Virus record (IMG/VR): IMGVR_UViG_3300036715_000626
Coordinates: 141,016 to 205,015 of that record
Reading direction: 5' to 3' (one strand)
Length of the DNA stretch: 64,000 nucleotides
Both the position numbers and the translations under genes were made by a program. Below, one piece after another: positions 29,212 to 37,708 of this stretch (its first letter is position 1; every line of letters starts with the position of its first letter). The notes under the pieces were generated by a model. It made no database searches. It was not told where the DNA came from and saw nothing but the letters and a program-made list of their open reading frames with translations.

Positions 29212-30113
29212 TCCTTATTTTGTTGTATTTTAATATAGCCATTCTCTAGCTCATCTTCACTATATAATTCCTTCACGCACACTATGCCTTTCACAGCATC
29301 AGTTATAACCATTTCGGAATATAACCTATGGCACATGTCTATCTCACTTTGCTTTAATGCATCACCTTTTTCAAGTTTATTAATAGCTTGTAAGTAAGCA
29401 CCAAACGCACACAACTTTGCTTTATGGTTAACCACTAGCTTGAATATTACCGTATTAGACTCTAGAACACACGCTTTAGACATGTATAGTGTATCTATAG
29501 GTATGTGCTTAAGCATAATATAAGAGCGTGAGTTATGTATAAACAAATTACGAATATGTCCTAACATTCTTAACAAATTGTATTGTTGTTTAGTTACCAA
29601 TTTATTTTCATAGCACAAATCTAACGCTTCGCTATAAGAATAAATAATATCTGTGCTTAATAACAATATATTAAGTAACGCCTCAGCTGTGTCAAACATA
29701 GCTCTAAGACTCAATTCGAATCTATCGCTAAAGATTTTACAATTACCCCAGAGTAATTCCACCTTTTTAAAATTGGATGGTTTCTTACTCCCGCCGTCTT
29801 TAATTTTGATATCTTCGATTTCTTCTTTAAGCTTAATTATCGTTGTCAAGTTTTTAGAAACCATTGGTGTACCAGACTTTATAGATTCTAAATTGTCTTC
29901 ACCAGCATATGCTATGCCGTTTATTAACTCTAAAGCCACATCAGTCATTGTTACCCGTCTCATTTTTTTACTGTACATTAGTAACTCTTTCGATTTACTA
30001 TACACATCAGAACTCTCAGAACTTAAAAAGTTTCTTAAATCTGATAACTTCTTTTCTTTACCTAACCGCTCTTGTTTATCTTTAACGGTTTCTACAACTC
30101 GAATACTTTTCAT
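29205..30113 (-). CDS. Protein with HEPN-like domain (Rx4H motif)
   Basis: E..L...L....YSEALDLCYENKLVTKQQYNLLRMLGHIRNLFIH; GAGGAG RBS; TATATTAT at 30144-30151. Confidence 0.6.
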   Translation of the reverse strand: MKSIRVVETVKDKQERLGKEKKLSDLRNFLSSESSDVYSKSKELLMYSKKMRRVTMTDVALELINGIAYAGEDNLESIKSGTPMVSKNLTTIIKLKEEIEDIKIKDGGSKKPSNFKKVELLWGNCKIFSDRFELSLRAMFDTAEALLNILLLSTDIIYSYSEALDLCYENKLVTKQQYNLLRMLGHIRNLFIHNSRSYIMLKHIPIDTLYMSKACVLESNTVIFKLVVNHKAKLCAFGAYLQAINKLEKGDALKQSEIDMCHRLYSEMVITDAVKGIVCVKELYSEDELENGYIKIQQNKEW

Positions 30114-30143
30114 TTAGACTCCTCAATCTTTATGTATAAAGCT

Positions 30144-30151
30144 ATAATATA
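30144..30151 (-). promoter_or_regulatory. Putative early promoter core TATATTAT
   Basis: Motif 30 nt upstream of ATG 30113. Confidence 0.55.
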
Positions 30152-30155
30152 ATGT

Positions 30156-30184
30156 GTAAGTAGGAAGCAATGCTTCCTACTTAC
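30156..30184 (-). terminator. Hairpin overlapping the topA stop
   Basis: 14-bp stem gtaagtaggaagca-a-tgcttcctacttac. Confidence 0.65.
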
Positions 30185-32534
30185 GATTAAACTTTTTGAA
30201 GGGTTTCTTTTTAACAGGATCGTTTTCCTGTTTCGCTATAATAGCAACGACCTCATCGACGGTTAAGTTTCTTATAGCACTTTCTAACATATCTTTAGGT
30301 AATTTAAAGTTACCTTTTGGATATCCACCACCCACCCCATGTCTGAGTATATATGGTCCAAACCGACCATTTATAATACTAATTTCTCCATAGGGATTAA
30401 TCGTTTTATTCCAAAGTAATGCAGTTGCTTTCTTCTCATCAATCTCTTTGATAATATCTAATGCTCTAGATATTTCTATAGTATAGACATTATCTTGCTC
30501 TGAGTTAAGAGGATAGTATTTATTTCCAGATTTTAGATATGGACCAAACTTACCGATACCGACAATTACATTTTCCCCTTTATTATTTTTACCCAGTATC
30601 TTAGGAATAGTTAAGTACACCAAAGCTTGTTCTAATGTTACTTCGTTAAATTTCACATCCCTAGGTACTGTCGCTACTTTAGGTTTTATCTTTTTCTCTT
30701 TATCAGGATCGCCTACCTGAATGTAGTTTCCGTAATTACCAGATTTAACTTTAATAGCTAACCCAGTTTCAGCATCTACCCCAAGCACTCGTTCTTCCGT
30801 GTATTGAACACGCTCACCATCTTCTTTAGCTACCAAATCTTTACTAAAGTTGGTATAGAAGTTACGGATAACCTCTTGCCACTCAATTTCACCTGCGGCT
30901 ATCTTATCAAACTCTGCTTCAATATTCGCAGTGAAAGCTATATCCACGATATAAGGAAAGTTCATCGTTAAGTAATCAGTAACAGCCATAGCAATAACAG
31001 TAGGTACCAGTTTCTTATCGCCATCAATCTCAACATAACCTCTGGTTGTTATGGTAGATAAAGTAGAAGCATAGGTTGATGGTCTACCGATCCCTTCTTG
31101 CTCCATCTTCTTAACTAGAGAAGCTTCCGTGTATCTAGGAGGTGGTGATGTAAAATTTTGCTCGGCTGAAAGAACTGTATTATTAAACATGGTATTCAAA
31201 GGAACGTTAGGAAGAAACTTTTCTTTCTTACCTATACTCTCATCACCATCGTCATTACCTTCGGTATAGGCTTTCATAAACCCAGGAAATAATATCTTGG
31301 TTCCTTTAGCTACGAATTCGTATTCTCTATTAGAACCTCCATATATTTTATAGGTAGTAGTAGCAACTTTAGCTGCTGTCATTTGTGTTGCTAATGTTCT
31401 TTGCCAAATCAACGTATAGAGCTTTAACTCTTTGCTGTCAACATACCGAGCAATATCACTTGGCTTAATAGACATATCAACAGGCCGTATAGCTTCATGT
31501 GCTTCTTGGGCAGCTACTTTAGCATTACCTTTGGCGCTATAAGTTCTAGGTGAACTAAGAGCATACTCTGTTCCGTAGTCAGAGAGTATAACCCGTTTAC
31601 AAGCATCAAGAACCAGCTGTGAAAGATTGAGACTATCTGTTCTCATATACGTTATAAGACCACCAGGTTGATTGGGTATACTAAACCCACCTTCATACAG
31701 CTTCTGTGCAACAGACATAGTTTGTTTAGGAGACATACCTGCTTTGGTACTTGCTTCTTGTTGTAATGATGATGTTGTAAACGGAGCAGGAGGAGTTCTA
31801 AAACTATCCTTCTCATCAACACTACTCAGAACATAATTACTCTTATCACACTCAGCTTTTATAGTGGATGCTTGTAACTCGTTTTCTACTTTAATAACCT
31901 TACCGTTGTGTTTAGAAAATTCAGCCTTAAATGCCAGGTCAGTAAGTATGTCAAGTTTTAGCTTCCAAAATTCATCTGGTATAAAACTTTTTATTTCACG
32001 TTCTCTGTCAACAACAATTTTAAGAGTAGAGCTTTGAACCCTACCAGCACTCAGGCCACCTTTAACTTTCTTCCATAATAGAGGAGAGAGCTTGTAACCA
32101 ACGATACGATCAAGTATGCGTCTAGCCTGCTGAGCATTAACCATATTGATATCTAACTCTCTAGGGTGCTCTAACGCGTGCAGGATAGCAGACTTGGTTA
32201 TCTCGTGAAATACAATCCGTTTAGGATTGTAATTCTCAATACCTAGCGTAGGAATAAGATGCCATGATATAGCTTCACCTTCACGGTCTTCATCACTGGC
32301 TAGGTAAATAGTAGTGTCTTTACCTATATATCGTTTTAGTTCAGATATAACTCTTTTCTTATCGACAGAAACTTCGTACTGAGGATTGAAGTTATTTTCA
32401 GTATCTACTCCTAAAGTAGATTTAGGAAGATCTCGTATATGACCATATGACGCCAGTACTTTGTATTCACTTCCTAAAAACCCAGTAAGTGTTTTGGCCT
32501 TAGCAGGAGATTCTACAATAATCAGATTTTTCAT
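30177..32534 (-). CDS. topA: Type IA DNA topoisomerase (topoisomerase I)
   Basis: IVESPAKAKT, GHIRDL, DEDREGEAI, SAGRVQS, catalytic GLITYMRTDS, AHEAIRP, GIGRPSTYA and C-terminal G(K/R)FGPY repeats. Confidence 0.96.
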   Translation of the reverse strand: MKNLIIVESPAKAKTLTGFLGSEYKVLASYGHIRDLPKSTLGVDTENNFNPQYEVSVDKKRVISELKRYIGKDTTIYLASDEDREGEAISWHLIPTLGIENYNPKRIVFHEITKSAILHALEHPRELDINMVNAQQARRILDRIVGYKLSPLLWKKVKGGLSAGRVQSSTLKIVVDREREIKSFIPDEFWKLKLDILTDLAFKAEFSKHNGKVIKVENELQASTIKAECDKSNYVLSSVDEKDSFRTPPAPFTTSSLQQEASTKAGMSPKQTMSVAQKLYEGGFSIPNQPGGLITYMRTDSLNLSQLVLDACKRVILSDYGTEYALSSPRTYSAKGNAKVAAQEAHEAIRPVDMSIKPSDIARYVDSKELKLYTLIWQRTLATQMTAAKVATTTYKIYGGSNREYEFVAKGTKILFPGFMKAYTEGNDDGDESIGKKEKFLPNVPLNTMFNNTVLSAEQNFTSPPPRYTEASLVKKMEQEGIGRPSTYASTLSTITTRGYVEIDGDKKLVPTVIAMAVTDYLTMNFPYIVDIAFTANIEAEFDKIAAGEIEWQEVIRNFYTNFSKDLVAKEDGERVQYTEERVLGVDAETGLAIKVKSGNYGNYIQVGDPDKEKKIKPKVATVPRDVKFNEVTLEQALVYLTIPKILGKNNKGENVIVGIGKFGPYLKSGNKYYPLNSEQDNVYTIEISRALDIIKEIDEKKATALLWNKTINPYGEISIINGRFGPYILRHGVGGGYPKGNFKLPKDMLESAIRNLTVDEVVAIIAKQENDPVKKKPFKKFNRK

Positions 32535-32655
32535 CGGACCTCTTTTGTTTATTATTATTTACTAGAACGTAACTCAAATATACGTATGTAATTATCATAT
32601 TGTTCTAATAGTGAATTGCCTGGTACACATTCTTGTTGATTGTGTAAGAGTATAG

Positions 32656-32853
32656 TTAATACATCGTTAATTCTTCAAGTCCCTTTAAAGCTTCTTTGGT
32701 TTCTTCTATACTAGGAATCTCAGGAATACCTGTTTCTTCACCTTTTTTAGGAAACTTATCATTACCACGATATTGAATATCGCGCACATTACCATTTTTC
32801 GCTATTTCTTTACTACCACCTACAAGGTTTAACATAGGTTGGGCTATTAGCAT
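32656..32853 (-). CDS. Small hypothetical protein
   Basis: Start reassigned to ATG 32853 (MLIAQP) behind GAGGAG; a CATATTAT promoter variant lies at 32884-32891. Confidence 0.55.
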   Translation of the reverse strand: MLIAQPMLNLVGGSKEIAKNGNVRDIQYRGNDKFPKKGEETGIPEIPSIEETKEALKGLEELTMY

Positions 32854-32913
32854 TGTAACTCCTCTTAATATATTGCTACTTAAATAATATGTGTTTGTAA
32901 AAAAATAAGAGGA

Positions 32914-32937
32914 CACACTAGCTTAAAAGCTAGTGTG
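32914..32937 (-). terminator. Hairpin terminator
   Basis: 11-bp stem cacactagctt-aa-aagctagtgtg with an A-tract at 32899-32905. Confidence 0.65.
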
Positions 32938-32953
32938 CGTATCACTTTTTATT

Positions 32954-34171
32954 CTACTTACTGTACAGATCTACTTTAAGTTTGAAGTTGTCAACAACTT
33001 CATTATAGGTATCCCCGACAGCATCGATTAAATCGATACCTGTGTTAACATAACAATACCATGTATTGGTATGACGATTATACGAGATCTCTCCTATACA
33101 ACCTTCATATTCGACAGTATTGTTACTAAAATTATTAAACTCGATATGTTTATCGTTATTAAAAATATCGTAATTAAAAATATCGTAATAATCACGAATA
33201 TCAATACTTTGGTTATCAATTTCTCCAAAGGTTCTCAATAAGAACATACCCATATCAAAAACTACACCTGGTGCGGTGATGCAGTTAAAGAATTCTGCCA
33301 TATCTAAGTTAGCGCTATCTAGCGGTATACTTCTACCCGCAGCATGTTTATGTCCCTTAGGAACTAATAACTTAGTTAAATCGATACTTGGATCAGATGA
33401 TCGAAATGAAAACACTAACTCAGTAGCTGTAAAGAAATACATCATAACAAATGGATATTGTTTAGACAACTCATTACCGATTTCAGATATTAACGTAGTT
33501 GTATTTAAACAAGGTATTTCATATTTACCCCATTTAACTAACGCAGGTTGTTTAGAAGCTACTTTAGTAATAATACTTGCTTGGTATTCTAAAATACCCT
33601 TACCGCCAGTCGTAGCTCCTAATAAAAATTCACTATCAGACACATCATACATTGTTTTAAGTGTTGATATATCATTAATGTAAAGTGATAAATAAGCATT
33701 AACTTCTTTAGAAAACGACTGTTCCCATTTCCAAATATCACGATCCTCTATATATTTAAGCATGAGAGGAACTTCTCTAAATGGAAATAAGAATTGAAAT
33801 GTCAACACAGCGCCTGAATGGGTCTTATCAAAGATACAGAAATCTAAACCTGTAAGTTCTTTTTCAGCTGATTCATGATGGTCGATTAAGACTAATGAGT
33901 TTGCCTCTTTTTCCATCGCTAATAAAGTTTCTCTATCGAATGAGAAATCTGCTATTAAAACATTTTTACCTTTAACATCCGGTTTTACCGGATTTTGCCC
34001 GTACTGAGCTGAGTATACTTCGGGTCTTTCGATACCCGCCTCGTCAGCCGCTTGGTTACAGGCGAGAATACACCCGTTACCATCCATGCAACCCTTATGG
34101 GTAATTAAAACCCATGGTCGATCATTTTCTAAAATCGCATTTATGAATGCATCTTTTTTTTCTTGTGTCAT
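32954..34171 (-). CDS. DHH family phosphoesterase with C-terminal HicB-like domain
   Basis: THKGCMDG, IADFS, LIDHHES, SGAVLT, IEDRDIW and GHKHAAG motifs; the C-terminus EYEGCIGEISY...DLIDAVGDTYNEVVDNFKLKVDLY resembles HicB. Confidence 0.85.
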   Translation of the reverse strand: MTQEKKDAFINAILENDRPWVLITHKGCMDGNGCILACNQAADEAGIERPEVYSAQYGQNPVKPDVKGKNVLIADFSFDRETLLAMEKEANSLVLIDHHESAEKELTGLDFCIFDKTHSGAVLTFQFLFPFREVPLMLKYIEDRDIWKWEQSFSKEVNAYLSLYINDISTLKTMYDVSDSEFLLGATTGGKGILEYQASIITKVASKQPALVKWGKYEIPCLNTTTLISEIGNELSKQYPFVMMYFFTATELVFSFRSSDPSIDLTKLLVPKGHKHAAGRSIPLDSANLDMAEFFNCITAPGVVFDMGMFLLRTFGEIDNQSIDIRDYYDIFNYDIFNNDKHIEFNNFSNNTVEYEGCIGEISYNRHTNTWYCYVNTGIDLIDAVGDTYNEVVDNFKLKVDLYSK

Positions 34172-34199
34172 TTTACTTCCTTTTATTTTATCTGTTATT

Positions 34200-34207
34200 A
34201 TAATATA
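34200..34207 (-). promoter_or_regulatory. Putative early promoter core TATATTAT
   Basis: Motif about 28 nt upstream of ATG 34171. Confidence 0.55.
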
Positions 34208-34246
34208 GAACTATAAAATATTGGAACTAACATAAAAAAAGAACTA

Positions 34247-34274
34247 CTACACTAACCCAATTGGGTTAGTGTAG
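34247..34274 (-). terminator. Perfect 28-bp palindrome
   Basis: ctacactaacccaa|ttgggttagtgtag with an A-tract at 34234-34240. Confidence 0.75.
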
Positions 34275-34418
34275 GTAATTACAATGTGCGAGTGAATCTA
34301 TAAGCTGCTCTTGTATGTCTTGGTCTACTAGAGACCGATACTTATCAGAAGCATACTTTTTATATAACTCGAGATCTGTAGATACGTATTGATTTGGTAC
34401 TTTTACATTGTTATCCAT
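34266..34418 (-). CDS. Small hypothetical protein (50 aa; absent from the ORF track)
   Basis: MDNNVKVPNQYVSTDLELYKKYASDKYRSLVDQDIQEQLIDSLAHCNYLH*; starts 1 nt after the upstream stop, with GGAGG upstream. Confidence 0.55.
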   Translation of the reverse strand: MDNNVKVPNQYVSTDLELYKKYASDKYRSLVDQDIQEQLIDSLAHCNYLH

Positions 34419-34419
34419 A

Positions 34420-34764
34420 TTACAAAGAGCCTCCTATAACTCGCGCTGCAACAGATTCAATCTGGTTACTAAGGTCGTCTATGAACGCACGCATACACGT
34501 TATAAACATCATAACGAATGCTGTTTCACTAGATAAACCACCTAGTTGAAAATGGTTTAAGATGACATCTGGAAGATAGTCACTAAGAGTAACTCCCAAT
34601 GACTCCATACTTTCTTTCACTTCATCTACCATTTGATTAACACGAGTAATGTTTATTTCATTACTATTTAACTTTTGCATACTGCAAAGTTCGGTGTAAC
34701 TAGGCATTATAATGTTATCAAGTTTATCAATAGCCTCTGCTACTAATTCTTTAGGTGTTTTCAT
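34420..34764 (-). CDS. Hypothetical protein
   Basis: 114 aa with AAGGA RBS. Confidence 0.6.
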   Translation of the reverse strand: MKTPKELVAEAIDKLDNIIMPSYTELCSMQKLNSNEINITRVNQMVDEVKESMESLGVTLSDYLPDVILNHFQLGGLSSETAFVMMFITCMRAFIDDLSNQIESVAARVIGGSL

Positions 34765-35104
34765 TTGCCATCCTTAGAAACAAGTAAGATAGGTTCGACA
34801 TCAATTTTATTTTCATTAGTATATTGTGGTGTTTCGAAGTCGATCACCGCTCGTGCCGCGACATCATTATTACGAGTATCAACTATAGTTTCAAGACCAC
34901 AGATAATATAGTTTCAAGACCACAGATAATTCCTTTTTCTAAACTTAATGGAGTTAAGATTTCTAACCACTTAGCTTGAATGTCAGGTTCCCCGTAATTT
35001 TCATAGTCTTGAAAAGTGTTACGACCATCAGGTATTTTGATAGCTACTTTTTGTAAAGTATTATCTATAAAAATAGACAATAAAACATATAAATCTGAAT
35101 TCAT
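34761..35104 (-). pseudogene. Gene frameshifted by a 23-bp tandem duplication
   Basis: Removing one repeat copy gives a 106-aa ORF whose TGA overlaps the next ATG (ATGA at 34761-34764). Confidence 0.75.
34884..34929. repeat. Perfect 23-bp tandem duplication
   Basis: tatagtttcaagaccacagataa at 34884-34906 and again at 34907-34929. Confidence 0.95.
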
Positions 35105-35162
35105 TTACACTCCCTCTATTTTTGTTATATATTCAAAACTATGACCAGTTTTACCACACCAC

Positions 35163-35933
35163 TCACGTAGATCGTCTAATAACTCTTCTGTGATAATTTT
35201 GGTTTTCTATAAACTCTTTTCTAGCAGTTAGTCGTGATTCTTGGTTATCTAATAACCCCGTTCCATAATGTGAGTTATCGTTAAACCTTTTAGCGGATTT
35301 TGATAAAGCCTCTTGTATCAACTCAGGCGCAATCTCGGCTATAATATCATGAACAACATACGACATAACCTGACCACCATCAATAATCTTGAAACAATGC
35401 TTATCAAAAGTTTCACACCCACTATAAAATAACATAATACTAGAGTATAATTCAGATTGTTTTTTAGCTTTATCAATAGTAGTAAATACATCTCCAACGC
35501 TATTATCTCCTCTGAGGTGTAAACGTTTTATTGCTACATCAGGTTTGACATCAATATAAAATGTCAAGTCAGGTTTGATGTCGAACTTAGCCATTCCTAC
35601 AATGTCTGAAAATAATGAGTCATCGAGATACGCGATAGTGGAATAAAACCAGCGGTCACATAGAACAATAATACCTTGATCTAGATATACCTTAATCTCT
35701 TCTACAACATTATGTAGTTCTGCTAAGAATAAATTAGCAATATATCTATCATTAACATAAGGTTCCTTATGATTAATAATATCTCTAAGCAATACTCCTA
35801 AAGGTCCTTTAGTAATATTCTTAACAGCGACTGCAGGAACAGCGTTGCTGTTAAGTATGTTTGCTACAGACTCTACAGCAGATGATTTACCCGCGCCATC
35901 AATTCCTTCAAATACGTATAATTTACCGTACAT
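35163..35933 (-). CDS. tmk: Thymidylate (dTMP) kinase with C-terminal extension
   Basis: VFEGIDGAGKSS P-loop, VLCDRWFYSTIAY and KPDLTFYIDV. Confidence 0.9.
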   Translation of the reverse strand: MYGKLYVFEGIDGAGKSSAVESVANILNSNAVPAVAVKNITKGPLGVLLRDIINHKEPYVNDRYIANLFLAELHNVVEEIKVYLDQGIIVLCDRWFYSTIAYLDDSLFSDIVGMAKFDIKPDLTFYIDVKPDVAIKRLHLRGDNSVGDVFTTIDKAKKQSELYSSIMLFYSGCETFDKHCFKIIDGGQVMSYVVHDIIAEIAPELIQEALSKSAKRFNDNSHYGTGLLDNQESRLTARKEFIENQNYHRRVIRRST

Positions 35934-35942
35934 AGTCTTTCC

Positions 35943-36410
35943 TTATTTAATTTTAGCCAGAAGTTGTTTTACTACTTTGCCTATCTCTTTAGGTATAGCA
36001 TCGTATACCATTTCTATTGGTAACATATCATATTGTTGTTCCAATCCTGATATATCTACCATACCAATAACACCGTCTCTTACCGTGTCGATAGCAGTGT
36101 AATAATCATTTTGCGATAGATTATACATAAACGCAGAACATATTACATAACCACCGGCTTGAACCATATTAAAAATTCCTTCCATCAGTTCTTTAAATAT
36201 TACAGATGAAAATATCTGACCTATCTTAATCGATGTTTGTTCGGGGTCTGTACCTACATCACTTAGTAATAACGCAACATCTTTCTCCATATTGTTATCT
36301 ATAATGATAACTGTGTATCCTCGTTTAACAAGAACACGTTTAATATAGATAGAAACTATTGCACTAATAACTGGGTCATTTTCAACAACCGCTACTATAT
36401 TACCTACCAT
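35943..36410 (-). CDS. Hypothetical protein, possibly a degenerate dTMP-kinase-fold paralog
   Basis: GNIVAVVE start, RGYTVI and GGYVICSAFMY echo the Tmk layout, but the P-loop GK(S/T) and DR motifs are absent. Confidence 0.45.
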   Translation of the reverse strand: MVGNIVAVVENDPVISAIVSIYIKRVLVKRGYTVIIIDNNMEKDVALLLSDVGTDPEQTSIKIGQIFSSVIFKELMEGIFNMVQAGGYVICSAFMYNLSQNDYYTAIDTVRDGVIGMVDISGLEQQYDMLPIEMVYDAIPKEIGKVVKQLLAKIK

Positions 36411-36422
36411 TTTATTCCTTTG

Positions 36423-37421
36423 TTATGTGCTATAAAATAGATCTTCTATTTGTGGTCCTGAAGTACCGGCTTCGCCTGTAAAACTACCATCATCACTTAC
36501 TAATAGCACCATTAATCCGTTACCAGATCTACAGGTAACTTTATCGTTATCAATGCTAATAACATCTTTACCAGAAATACTAATAGTCGTATAATCTTTA
36601 AGACTAATATACTCCCTACCGTTCTTATCAAAACGATCCTTAGGGAAACTGTACGGATTAAACTCTACTGGTTCGTTATCCGTGTTTCTTATTTCCTTAA
36701 CAATATACATAATGTCTTTAGTAAGTATATCAAGATTAAGTATTGTAAGTAGATACTCTAGACTATCATTAGGATGAGCCAAGTGTTCTTTGACTAAGGC
36801 TTGTAAATGATCGAAGCTAAATACAATTGACTTCTTATAGATATTTTTCAAATCATTATGAAATTTGGGATCTACATTATAGTCAGCGCAGTATTCAGTA
36901 ATAATGCTTTCTTCAATACGACTATAGTCAATTCGATAGAGTGCCCTGCCGGGTCTACTACGAATAAAACTAGAGATAGTATGTTTGTTATTCTCTGTTA
37001 TAAAAAACAGTTTCTTAGTACGGTTAATACCGGATAACATGGTTAACATTTTCTCTTGAAGTTGCATATTGAAATTCTTACTGAACTCGTCAAACAGTAT
37101 GACTGCGTCAGTTACACCATTGATATATTTAACCGTATCAATATCAGCATTTATATCCGTTACAACGATAACCGGTAGCCCACAATCTATAGCGATATTG
37201 GCAGTTACTTGCGCTTGCTCAGTTTTACCAGATCCTGAATTACCTGTAAGTATTACTCCGATAGATTTTTCAGATACAGCAAAGGTATTCCAAAAACGAA
37301 GAGCTAATTGTTCTACATTACCATACAGTTTCTTAGGTAAAGTGAATCTTTCGATATCAGGTTCGATGTAATGAACATTATCTTGTTTTCTTAAATAATA
37401 TACTCCAGCTGGGTATTGCAT
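36423..37421 (-). CDS. AAA+ ATPase
   Basis: GVILTGNSGSGKT, ILFDEFSK, FFITEN and arginine finger SRPGR. Confidence 0.88.
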   Translation of the reverse strand: MQYPAGVYYLRKQDNVHYIEPDIERFTLPKKLYGNVEQLALRFWNTFAVSEKSIGVILTGNSGSGKTEQAQVTANIAIDCGLPVIVVTDINADIDTVKYINGVTDAVILFDEFSKNFNMQLQEKMLTMLSGINRTKKLFFITENNKHTISSFIRSRPGRALYRIDYSRIEESIITEYCADYNVDPKFHNDLKNIYKKSIVFSFDHLQALVKEHLAHPNDSLEYLLTILNLDILTKDIMYIVKEIRNTDNEPVEFNPYSFPKDRFDKNGREYISLKDYTTISISGKDVISIDNDKVTCRSGNGLMVLLVSDDGSFTGEAGTSGPQIEDLFYST

Positions 37422-37461
37422 GTTATCTCCTAGTGCTTCTATTTAATAGAGGTCTCTATAA

Positions 37462-37469
37462 ATAATATA
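37462..37469 (-). promoter_or_regulatory. Putative early promoter core TATATTAT
   Basis: + strand aataatatatggtt upstream of the AAA ATPase operon. Confidence 0.6.
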
Positions 37470-37504
37470 TGGTTGTCTCTTTTTAAATATATGTTTGAAA
37501 TAAA

Positions 37505-37708
37505 ATGATTACAGGAACTACTATGCCACAGACCACTACACAAAAACAATTTAACCAAGCTATACAAGAAATATTAAGAAATATTGATTTAAATCAAGGA
37601 GATATGGGAGAGGATGGCTGTTTAACAGACCAGTTCTATGACAGAGATGACATTTCTGCTGAAAAGAAAAAGATTCTTAAAAATCTAACTACTATGCTGA
37701 AAGGTTGA
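37505..37708 (+). CDS. Small hypothetical protein
   Basis: ORF coupled to the next gene; the start may be the second ATG (MPQTTT) behind AGGA. Confidence 0.5.
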   Translation: MITGTTMPQTTTQKQFNQAIQEILRNIDLNQGDMGEDGCLTDQFYDRDDISAEKKKILKNLTTMLKG

